Source: a virus. Taken from it: a DNA stretch of 64,000 bases. This document shows positions 37,191 through 45,107 of this stretch, piece by piece (the stretch's first letter is position 1; each line of letters begins with the position of its first letter). The notes under the pieces are model-generated. The model had not been told where the DNA came from. It did no database searches and was given only the letters and a program-made list of their open reading frames with translations. The stretch is from IMG/VR virus record IMGVR_UViG_3300040759_000032, positions 68,428 to 132,427 of that record. One strand, given 5' to 3'. Both the position numbers and the translations under genes were made by a program.

Positions 37191-37680
37191 CGGCGTCGTG
37201 CGCAAGGTGCACGCGGTGCTGCGACCCGGTGCCGTTCAGCGCCGCCGAGCACGAGACCATCACGACGTGGTCAGGCGCGGCGATGGAAGCCGCAGGCACC
37301 CCGGACCCGCGCACGGACGACGGCTGGGCCTGGTGGCTCGAGCACGGCTGGGACGCGGCCGAGCGGGACAAGGCGATCGGCCGCACCGACCCGTCCGGCT
37401 CGTGGCGGCAGGACGCCGACTTCATCGCCGCGCACTGGACGCCGGAAGGCGACGGCTGCAAGTGCGACGTGTTCGACCCGGCGACGGGGCTGTGCGGCGC
37501 TTACGAGAGCCGGCCGCCGGTCTGCCGGAGCTACCCGTGGTACGGCGACGGGCCGTGCGCCGAGCGGGCGGCATGCCTGCCACTGCAGTGCTCCTACCTC
37601 GCCGACGTCCCACCGGAGCAGCGGCCCGAGGGCTCCCGGCCCCTGATCCCGGTCACGGTCGTCCGGGGTGCCGCGAACCG
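37187..37680 (+). CDS. YkgJ/CxxCxxCC putative Fe-S or Zn protein (domain only; frame stays open to 38638)
   Basis: CARCTRCC...CDVFD...LCGAYESRPPVCRSYP; TTGA overlap. Confidence 0.7.
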
Positions 37681-37681
37681 G

Positions 37682-38374
37682 TTAAGTGACCGCGCAGACC
37701 TTCGCCACGTCTGCGGCCATGCGCTCGGCCCGCCACCGCTCGTACGCCTGCCGGTCTGCTTCCTCTCCGGTGCGGGACGCCGCGTAGGTGCCGTCAGTGA
37801 CCGCCTTGCCCGCGTCCGGGTGCAGGTGCTCGATGACGACGCCCGGGACGTAGGCGAGGCAGTCGGCCGCCCGGCCGAGGTCCCGCCAGGCGTTGTCCAA
37901 GTACATGTGGGCCAGCGAAGGCTCGCACATCCACCCGAGGGCCTCCACGATGTCCGAGGAGATCACGGGCGCGGTCGGGAGCGCCGCGCCTTGGTGCAGG
38001 TCGTCCCCGTAGGCGATGCCCGAGCCCGTGTCGTTCAGCTTGTCGATCGCCTCGAGCAGCAGGCCATCCCACCCGGGGGTGCGGGGCAGGTGGTCGTCGC
38101 CGAGCGAGGCGAAGGCGCGGTACTGGTCGATGTTCGCCGCGGCGATCCGGTTCGTCCACGCGCCGAGGGTCCTGCGCCCCGCCTTCGTGTAGAACACGTA
38201 CCCGGGCGGGAACGCCCGCAGGAACGCCTCGTAAGCCTCCGTCGCCGGGTCGTCGTCGTCGATGCCGACCGCGATGTCCGTGTCGGCCTCCGAGAGCGAC
38301 AGGCAGGCCTCGATCATCGCCCGCAGCCGCTCCGGCCGGCCGCGGCTCGGGACGATCACCAGAAGGTCGCGCAT
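37682..38374 (-). CDS. GT-A-fold glycosyltransferase
   Basis: LLVIVPSRGRP, IDDDD, LGDDH, HMYLDNAW, IEHLHP. Confidence 0.8.
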   Translation of the reverse strand: MRDLLVIVPSRGRPERLRAMIEACLSLSEADTDIAVGIDDDDPATEAYEAFLRAFPPGYVFYTKAGRRTLGAWTNRIAAANIDQYRAFASLGDDHLPRTPGWDGLLLEAIDKLNDTGSGIAYGDDLHQGAALPTAPVISSDIVEALGWMCEPSLAHMYLDNAWRDLGRAADCLAYVPGVVIEHLHPDAGKAVTDGTYAASRTGEEADRQAYERWRAERMAADVAKVCAVT

Positions 38375-38763
38375 CAGCGGAGCCGCTCGCGGACCTGCGC
38401 GTGCATCAGCCGGGCGCGCTCGCCGGTCAGCTTCTCGATCTCGTCCTCCATCATCCCGAACGCCTCCTTCGCCGACCGCCACCGCTCGTACTGCTCTCGC
38501 GGCACGTCGAACACCCGGTGGGGCTGCGGCGTCGTCGAGTGCTCCTCGTGCAGCTGGAAGTCGGCGGGCTCCCCGTTGCATCCGGCGGAGTCGAGCACGA
38601 CGCGGACGGTTCCCTCGGGCGGCTGGGCGGGGACGTAGACCGGCCGGCCCCGCGCGTCAGGTACGCGGTCCCGGAAGAGAGGCAGCAACTGCACGGGCGA
38701 CTCCGGCGCCGCCAGTGCCGGTTCGAGGTCGTAGGCGATGATTCCCGTCTGGTTCTCGCTCAT
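38374..38763 (-). CDS. Hypothetical protein
   Basis: Leaderless TAGCAT-7-ATG; TGATG-coupled to the GT gene. Confidence 0.6.
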   Translation of the reverse strand: MSENQTGIIAYDLEPALAAPESPVQLLPLFRDRVPDARGRPVYVPAQPPEGTVRVVLDSAGCNGEPADFQLHEEHSTTPQPHRVFDVPREQYERWRSAKEAFGMMEDEIEKLTGERARLMHAQVRERLR

Positions 38764-38779
38764 GCGGCCAATGCTAGAC

Positions 38780-38873
38780 GCGGGCGGCCGGGCGGGAATC
38801 GAACCCGCGAGCCCGTGAGGGCACGACACTGCAGTTACCGCTGCCGTCTCCAGCATGGCGGCCGGCCGCCCGC
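38780..38873 (-). ncRNA. tRNA-like RNA (long variable arm, extended acceptor stem, aberrant anticodon arm)
   Basis: T-arm GCGGG-TTCGATT-CCCGC, variable arm GCCC-TCAC-GGGC, D-loop TGG, 12-bp terminal stem, TAGCCT -10 six nt upstream; no encoded CCA. Confidence 0.6.
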
Positions 38874-38918
38874 GACAGCAGGCTAGCGAATGGCCTGTCC
38901 GGACGGGGGGTGATGCCC

Positions 38919-39909
38919 GTGCAATCGACCCCTTATATAACTCCGTCTATGTTGATTAATGCGCCTACCGGAGTGAGCTGGTCGATTATTTTAGCTCCCT
39001 CGACCAAAAGCCACCAGCGCCGAAGTTAACGCCGAGCTAAATAACGTTTGCTGGCGCGCCACCAGCATGGTGGACACCTACGCCCGGCAGGTGCTTCGCT
39101 CCACTCTGGCCGTCGAGTACCTCAACGGCCCGGGGATGCCGCGCTGCAATGTCGACCAGACCGGCAACGGGGTCCTGCAGACCCGGTGGTGGCCGGTGAC
39201 CGAGGTTCTCGCGATCCAGATCTCCTCCAGTCGCGCTTTCCCCCGGGTCTGGACGCCCGTCACCGCGGGCCAGTGGGATATCCGCCACCCGCTGATCTCG
39301 CCGGGGGACTCCGCCTCTGCCACGGCCCCTGACGGGGGCTGGACGGTCGACGTCGCCCCGGGGTGGATCTCCTGGTACGACTACGGGCGGGGCATCCCGA
39401 CCCAGGCGGGGCCGTGGCGGGGCGGCGGCGGGCGGGGCGGGCTGCGGGTGCAGCTCGCCTACCTCAACGGCTGGCCGCACACGTCGCTGACCGAGGACGC
39501 CGAGGCGGGCGCGACGCAGATCGACGTCGATGACGTGACCGGATGGACGAACGCGAGCGGGTTCGCCTACGACGGCGCGGCGACCGAGTCCATGTCGGGC
39601 GAGTCGGTCGCGGCGACTGACCCCTTCGTCCTCCCGGACAACGCGGGCACCGCGCAAGCCGGGCCGGGGACGATCACCCTCGCCTCGCCGCTGAGCTTCC
39701 CCCACCAGGCCGGGACCGTCGTCTCCGCGCTCCCGGCGGACGTGATCTACGCGACGATCCTCGCCGCGGCGGTGCAGGCGCTGACGGGCGGAACGGACGC
39801 GATCACGATCCAGTCGGTCAGCGGGGAGCACTCGAGCCCGCAGCCGACGGCCGACGGCATGACGAAGCAGTACCAGGCGCTCTTGGACGAGTATCGCAGG
39901 ATTGTGTAG
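38919..39909 (+). CDS. Head-tail adaptor-like protein with a frame disruption near codons 25-35
   Basis: Frame from GTG 38919 (QSTPYITPSMLINAPTGVSWSII) stops at 39027; the +1 frame is open from 38995 (PRPKATSAEVNAELNNVCWRATSMVDTY...) to 39909. Confidence 0.6.
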
Positions 39910-39925
39910 AGGCCGGTGATCGCAG

Positions 39926-40432
39926 TTGTTGGACAGCGTGCAATCTTACGTGGCCAACAGCGTTCTCCAGGGCCTCCCGATCCCCGTTCAGGGCATCCCG
40001 CCGCTGACCGCGTGGATCACGCCGCCGGCGCTCGAGCAGGCCGACGGCCCGCGCGCGCACGTCTGGGGCGGGTCGGTCGACATCAGCCGGCAGACCGCCC
40101 CGCGCGGACAGGGCTTCAAGAAGCTCCCGTGGACCATCGACGTCTACCTGGTGTACCTCACCACCCCCGACGACGGGCTGGAGACGGAACCGTTCCCGAA
40201 GATCATCGACACGGTGCTGCGGGCGTTCTTCACGACGACGATGCCGCTGTTCATCGACGCCAGCGGGAACCCGGTAGGGCCCAACGCGGGCAGCGACTCG
40301 GACACGCAGATCCAGAAGATCGGCGAGTCCCCGCGCCTTCAGTACCCGACCGAGAAGATGGTCGGCCCGATGCAGATGCTCTGGTACACGGGTCTCATAC
40401 AGCTAGACGTGCTCGAGGTGGTGCAGTCGTGA
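39926..40432 (+). CDS. Putative neck/tail-completion protein
   Basis: Size and position between adaptor and tail tube genes. Confidence 0.6.
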   Translation: MLDSVQSYVANSVLQGLPIPVQGIPPLTAWITPPALEQADGPRAHVWGGSVDISRQTAPRGQGFKKLPWTIDVYLVYLTTPDDGLETEPFPKIIDTVLRAFFTTTMPLFIDASGNPVGPNAGSDSDTQIQKIGESPRLQYPTEKMVGPMQMLWYTGLIQLDVLEVVQS

Positions 40433-40875
40433 GCATGACGATGACGGTGTCCGGCGCGGACCGGAGCCTGAAGTTCGACTGGAAAGCCGCGTCCGAGGCG
40501 TGGGCCGCGGACGTCGAGCCCGCGGCGACCGGGTCGATGAAGAGGTTCGCCCCGTTCAAGACCGGTGCGATGCGGCAGGGGATCGGCTCCCGCCTCGAGC
40601 CCGGCCCGGGGCGGATGTGGGTGGTGGTGTACTCCACCGCCAGCTACGCCCCGTACGTCCTCGGCGGGACCGCCCCGCATGTCATCACCGCGCGGAACGC
40701 CAAGGCGCTCCGCTGGTTCGCCAACGCCGGGCACGGGCCCATCATGTTCGCCAAGTCGGTCAACCACCCGGGGACGAAGGCGAACGACTTCCCCGAGAAG
40801 GCCATCGCGCCCCTGAAGACGATGATCCTCCAGTCCTTCGTCGACGCGGCCCGGGAGGCGACGATCATTGACTGA
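40429..40875 (+). CDS. HK97 gp10-like neck protein
   Basis: APFKTGAMRQGI...YAPYVLGGTAPH...VNHPGTKANDF. Confidence 0.75.
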   Translation: MSMTMTVSGADRSLKFDWKAASEAWAADVEPAATGSMKRFAPFKTGAMRQGIGSRLEPGPGRMWVVVYSTASYAPYVLGGTAPHVITARNAKALRWFANAGHGPIMFAKSVNHPGTKANDFPEKAIAPLKTMILQSFVDAAREATIID

Positions 40876-41212
40876 CGACACGGTCCGGCTGAGGTACACC
40901 GGAGATCAGGCGACCACGTTCCAGGCTCCGGGCGTGGGCCACCTGCAGCCCGGAGACGGGTTCGAGGTCCCGCCCGAGCTGGTGCTGTCGTTCATGCGCC
41001 GGGCCGACGTCGAGCACGTGGGCAAGTGCCCATCCCCGCCGTGCAGGTGCGGCGAGGAGCCGGTGCCCCGCGGGCCGGAAGATCCCGAGGCAAGCGAGGC
41101 CGCCAGCGACAGCCAGGACGGCGAGACCAGCGGCGGCAGGCGATCGGGCGGCCGCTCGCGCTCGGGCTCGCCGAAAGGCAAGAACGAGGTCAGCGAGACC
41201 GCGGTCCCGTAG
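40868..41212 (+). CDS. Hypothetical small protein
   Basis: VRLRYTG...LQPGDGFEVP; overlaps the previous stop. Confidence 0.55.
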   Translation: MTDDTVRLRYTGDQATTFQAPGVGHLQPGDGFEVPPELVLSFMRRADVEHVGKCPSPPCRCGEEPVPRGPEDPEASEAASDSQDGETSGGRRSGGRSRSGSPKGKNEVSETAVP

Positions 41213-41282
41213 ATCAGCAGATCCTCGACCAGCTCGGTGAAGACTGCGCCGGACGGCAGGGAGTGATACCGGTACCGGGCGC

Positions 41283-41717
41283 TCACGCCTGCCTGCCGAG
41301 CGGGACGAAGAAACTTAGCCGCGCGTGACACTCGGCACAGGGAACCTCAAGCCCAGTGTCGTGGTCAGTGTTGATCCGGCCGCGCACCTCGATCTCCGGG
41401 TGCTGCGCGAGCCTGTACCCGGCCGCCGCGGCAGCCGTGATCGCGTCCTCGGCGGCCCTGTACATGGCTTCGCGGGTCGCACGGGCGAGCCCGTCGATGA
41501 GCCGCTGATGGTCCGGGCCGATGAGCTTGTCAAGGTCGGCGCCCGTGTCGCCGACCGTCTCCGGGCCTTTCACGATGCCCTCGACGCGCTCCAGTTGGTA
41601 AACGGCGCGCCTGCTGCGGACCTGGTCGACGCTGACCGCCTGAACCCACAGGTACGGCTCCAGGACGCCAGGCAGCGAGTCCGCCGGGAACTCTCGCAAC
41701 GTGAGGTACGGCGTCAC
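41283..41717 (-). CDS. Hypothetical protein (moron)
   Basis: GTGA-coupled to the DUF6221-like gene. Confidence 0.55.
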   Translation of the reverse strand: MTPYLTLREFPADSLPGVLEPYLWVQAVSVDQVRSRRAVYQLERVEGIVKGPETVGDTGADLDKLIGPDHQRLIDGLARATREAMYRAAEDAITAAAAAGYRLAQHPEIEVRGRINTDHDTGLEVPCAECHARLSFFVPLGRQA

Positions 41718-42133
41718 GGCCTCCAGAGCTCCCTGTACTCCGGGTGATCGTCCCAGACGGTCACCTCGTCGCGCATCTGCCCGACGAGCGCCGTGACGGT
41801 CGGGTCGAAGTCCTCCTCGCGGACCCCCATCGCGACCTGGTAGCGGAGGATCAGCTTCCGCCCGGCCCTGACCTTCCGAAGCGCCCGCGCCGGGTCATGG
41901 CGGGCGATCCACGCCGCCGCGTCTTCCCGCCACATGTCCGCCACGGCCTCCGTCGCCAGCTGGCCTGCGGTGACCGTGAAATCGAACTCGCCGCCGTTCT
42001 CGCGGATCACCCAGTCGGCGACACCCTCGAACGCGGCGACCATGGCCTTCGCCGCCGCCTCTTCCTCGTCGAGCCTCGCCGCGTAGAACGCCGCGATCTC
42101 GTCCGTCGTGCTCATCTCGCCTGTCTCGATCAC
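41714..42133 (-). CDS. DUF6221-like protein (third copy)
   Basis: IAAFYAARLDEEE...WIARHDPARALRKV...DHPEYRELWRP. Confidence 0.75.
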   Translation of the reverse strand: MIETGEMSTTDEIAAFYAARLDEEEAAAKAMVAAFEGVADWVIRENGGEFDFTVTAGQLATEAVADMWREDAAAWIARHDPARALRKVRAGRKLILRYQVAMGVREEDFDPTVTALVGQMRDEVTVWDDHPEYRELWRP

Positions 42134-42203
42134 CCCGCCAGCATCCCACGCCCTGCCGCCCTAGCGCGGTCCTCAGCCATGCCCGCGCGCAAGGAGGCCG
42201 ACG

Positions 42204-44261
42204 TTGCCATACCCAACGATCACGGAAAGGCCCGGCAGCCTCTCCGCCACCGGGCTAGCAGTCGAGTCGACCTTCGGCACGCCGGTGGCCGCGACCACCT
42301 TCCTGCCTATGACCAGCAACGGGATGGAGTACGACTCCGGCTGGTTCAGCCCGACGCTTATGCAGGGCGATCGGGACAAGCAGATTTTCAATTTGCAAGG
42401 AGAAGCAAAAAACGTAGGGTCGATTGAGGGCCCGCTATTCCCAAGCAATGCGATACCATTGCTTGTGGCGGCAATTGGAACGGATGCGGTAACCGGCACG
42501 GCGGCTCCTTACTGCGCCGATGAGGAGACGGAAATCCTCACGGCGGACGGGTGGAAGACCGTTCACCAGCTCCGCGCCGGGGACGAGGCCCTGACCTACA
42601 ACCACGAGACCGGGCTGTCGGAATGGCAGCCGGTCCAGGAGGTCTGCGTCTTCCCGGCCGAGCGGCGCGAACTGATCCGGATGCGCGGGCGCGGCCACTC
42701 GTCGCTCACCACGCCGAACCACCGGTGGCCGGTCGTGCGGCCGTGGCACATGCACGGGGGCTCCGGCCCCGGTGCCTACGGCGAAAAGCGCGCCTGGGCG
42801 ACCACCGATACCCTCAAGTTCGGCGACCGCATCCCAATCGCCGCCTACTGCGCCGGCCTTCCGGCGGAGGCCAAGTACACGGACGCGTTCGTGGAGCTCC
42901 TGGCCTGGTTCTGGACGGAGGGGCACATCCGCCCGAGCGGTGCCGTCACGCTGGTCCAGTCCACCAAGAACGCTGACAACGTGGAGCGCATCCACGGTGT
43001 CCTACGGCAGCTTTTCGGCGAGCCGGTCGACTACATCGGCCACGGGGACCACGAGCGGGACTGGCACGGGCGTCAGACCTCTGTGCGCAAGACCGACGCC
43101 ATCCCGACGTGGCGCTGGTACATGGACGGCGATAAGGCGCGGTGGACCCTGAACGTCATCGCCGGGGACCTGCTCACCTTCCACGCCCCCGGGAAGATCG
43201 TGGACCGCGGGTTCATCCGCTCGCTGACGCAGGCGCAGCTCGACCTGTTCATCGACGTCTCGATGAGGGCCGACAACTGCGGGCCGACGCGCCTCGGGCA
43301 GAAAAGCCGGGAGATGGCCGAGGCGTTCCAGTTCGCCGCGATCCTCGCCGGGCGCGCCACATCCCTGCTTGAGCGGATCTACAAGCGCGATGACTACCGG
43401 ATGTGGCAGGTCACGATGCGCCGCAATCACCGGCACATCGTGCCTGCAAACGCCGCCCAGGAAAAGCGGCCCGGCGGCGGCTTTTCTATTGAGCGCGTAG
43501 AGCACGACGGTCTCGTGTGGTGCCCGCGCACCCCGAACCAGACGTGGTATGCCCGCCGTGATGGGACCTGCTACTTCACCGGGAACACGCACACGATCTC
43601 GCAGGCCAACACACTGGCCAGCCTGACCGTCGAGAAGAACCTCGGCGGCTACCAGAGCCTGCAGTTCGCCGGCTGCCGGGTCGGCAAGTTCTCCGTCAAG
43701 GCCCCGGTCGGCAACGAGCCGGTGATGATCACCGCCGACATGTCCGGCCAGTCGGTGGCGATCCTCACCTCGCCGACCGCGATCTCCGTCACGAACGAGC
43801 TCCCGTGGGTGTTCTCCGAGGCGTCGCTGACGCTCGCGACCAACGCCCGCGCGGACGTCACGAACGTGCAGATCGACATCGACAACGGGCTCAAGGAAAC
43901 CTGGACGTACAGCTCGAATCACGGGCCGTCGTTCATCACCCCGGTCAGCCTGCACGTCTCCGGGACGATCGACGTCGTCTGGTCGAGCCTCAACAGCGCC
44001 ACCTACGGCGACTTCACCACGATGGAGAACCTCACCCTGGGGGCCCTGTCGGTCTCGTTCACCCACCCCGGGGGCGGCGGGTACTCGGTGACGTTCAACA
44101 TGCCGCAGGTGGTGCTTTCGAAATATGGGAACGACGTGAAGTTCGACGATGTGATTATGTCGAGCATGACGTTCGAAGCGTCGAGGCCCCTCACTGGCGG
44201 CAGCCAGTACTCCATTCAGGCGGTCGTGCTCAACCAGGTTTCCACGCAGTACACCGGCTGA
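42204..44261 (+). CDS. Major tail tube protein precursor containing an intein
   Basis: GLAVESTFGTPVAATTFLP...PY|intein|THTISQ...SLTVEK...FAGCRV; followed by terminator, chaperone and tape measure genes; AAGGAGG RBS. Confidence 0.85.
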   Translation: MPYPTITERPGSLSATGLAVESTFGTPVAATTFLPMTSNGMEYDSGWFSPTLMQGDRDKQIFNLQGEAKNVGSIEGPLFPSNAIPLLVAAIGTDAVTGTAAPYCADEETEILTADGWKTVHQLRAGDEALTYNHETGLSEWQPVQEVCVFPAERRELIRMRGRGHSSLTTPNHRWPVVRPWHMHGGSGPGAYGEKRAWATTDTLKFGDRIPIAAYCAGLPAEAKYTDAFVELLAWFWTEGHIRPSGAVTLVQSTKNADNVERIHGVLRQLFGEPVDYIGHGDHERDWHGRQTSVRKTDAIPTWRWYMDGDKARWTLNVIAGDLLTFHAPGKIVDRGFIRSLTQAQLDLFIDVSMRADNCGPTRLGQKSREMAEAFQFAAILAGRATSLLERIYKRDDYRMWQVTMRRNHRHIVPANAAQEKRPGGGFSIERVEHDGLVWCPRTPNQTWYARRDGTCYFTGNTHTISQANTLASLTVEKNLGGYQSLQFAGCRVGKFSVKAPVGNEPVMITADMSGQSVAILTSPTAISVTNELPWVFSEASLTLATNARADVTNVQIDIDNGLKETWTYSSNHGPSFITPVSLHVSGTIDVVWSSLNSATYGDFTTMENLTLGALSVSFTHPGGGGYSVTFNMPQVVLSKYGNDVKFDDVIMSSMTFEASRPLTGGSQYSIQAVVLNQVSTQYTG
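42513..43586 (+). mobile_element. Intein (358 aa) with LAGLIDADG-type domain in the tail tube gene
   Basis: CADEETEILTADGW, TTPNHRW, ELLAWFWTEG, LFIDVSMRAD, VWCPRT...YFTGN followed by Thr+1. Confidence 0.9.
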
Positions 44262-44289
44262 TCTTGACCTGCTCTTTCCCTCCCATTCT

Positions 44290-44320
44290 AAGCCCTCGGA
44301 TAACCATCCGGGGGTTTTTC
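44290..44320 (+). terminator. Rho-independent terminator
   Basis: CCCTCGGAT-AACC-ATCCGGGGG followed by TTTTT. Confidence 0.7.
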
Positions 44321-44350
44321 CATTCCCGCATTTTAGGAGCGCAATAGGCA

Positions 44351-44872
44351 ATGCCCGGCTTTCTCTCCGCGTACGAGACCCCCGTGCGGATCCCCTTCGG
44401 CCGCGGGTACTGGGTTGACGTCAAGCCCTGCCTGTCGTCGGCCGAGTACGCCCCGGTCGAGCTGGCGCTCGGCTCGAGGCATCACATCAGCGCGACGTCC
44501 AACGGCAGGGTGCAGTTCTCCGACATCGACCAGCGCGAGGCCCAGATCCGGCTGCTGATCGCGTCGATCGTCGACTGGAACCTCGACGAGGACGACGGCG
44601 AGACGATCTGGGCGCTGGCGCCGGAGAAGGCGAAGCGGGCGAACATCGAGCGGATGCCCGTGTGGATGCGGATGCAGATCTACGCCAAGTGCGACGAGCT
44701 GAACGGCCCGCCGGAGCCGGCCGAACAGGCCACGTTTCCTGACGAAACTGTCGGGCGCGATCCGGATGGGGACGGCGGGTCCGGAGGTTCTGCAGGACTT
44801 CCTGATCGAGCGGGAGTTCTGGCAGCAGCTGGGGCTGACGAGGGAGGCGCTGAGGGACCGCCCGTGGCGTGA
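44351..44872 (+). CDS. Tail assembly chaperone
   Basis: SIVDWNLDEDDG motif; lies between tail tube and tape measure genes. Confidence 0.75.
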   Translation: MPGFLSAYETPVRIPFGRGYWVDVKPCLSSAEYAPVELALGSRHHISATSNGRVQFSDIDQREAQIRLLIASIVDWNLDEDDGETIWALAPEKAKRANIERMPVWMRMQIYAKCDELNGPPEPAEQATFPDETVGRDPDGDGGSGGSAGLPDRAGVLAAAGADEGGAEGPPVA

Positions 44873-45107
44873 GGTCGAGCACTACGCCCTGATAATCCAG
44901 CTGATCCGCCGCGAGGAGAACGCGCGGGCCGCCCAGGCGAACCGCCGCCGGTTACCCCCTTACCCCCGTCTGGCGGTGAGCGGTGGCAGGCGCCGAGAGC
45001 TTCACCGTCCTGGCGATCCTCGAGGCCCGGGACGCCGCGTCGGAGATTTTCGCGAAGGTCGACGAGTCCCTCGGCAAGTTCAGCGAGACCGCCAGCAAGG
45101 CCGCTGA
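44736..45107 (+). CDS. Frameshift extension of the tail assembly chaperone (+1 frame)
   Basis: FLTKLSGAIRMG...EREFWQQLGLTREALRDRPWREVEHYALI; frame reachable at ACG TTT CCT (44732-44740). Confidence 0.55.
   Translation, partial: FLTKLSGAIRMGTAGPEVLQDFLIEREFWQQLGLTREALRDRPWREVEHYALIIQLIRREENARAAQANRRRLPPYPRLAVSGGRRRELHRPGDPRGPGRRVGDFREGRRVPRQVQRDRQQGR

Noticed and set aside
36944-38638. 564-aa ORF as one real protein
   Set aside because: Only 37187-~37670 has a recognisable domain; the rest overlaps other genes in another frame or antisense.
38780-38873. Functional tRNA-Cys/Ala or an attB/attP tRNA fragment
   Set aside because: Anticodon arm and position 8 are non-canonical; no integrase or duplicated 3' end in the window.
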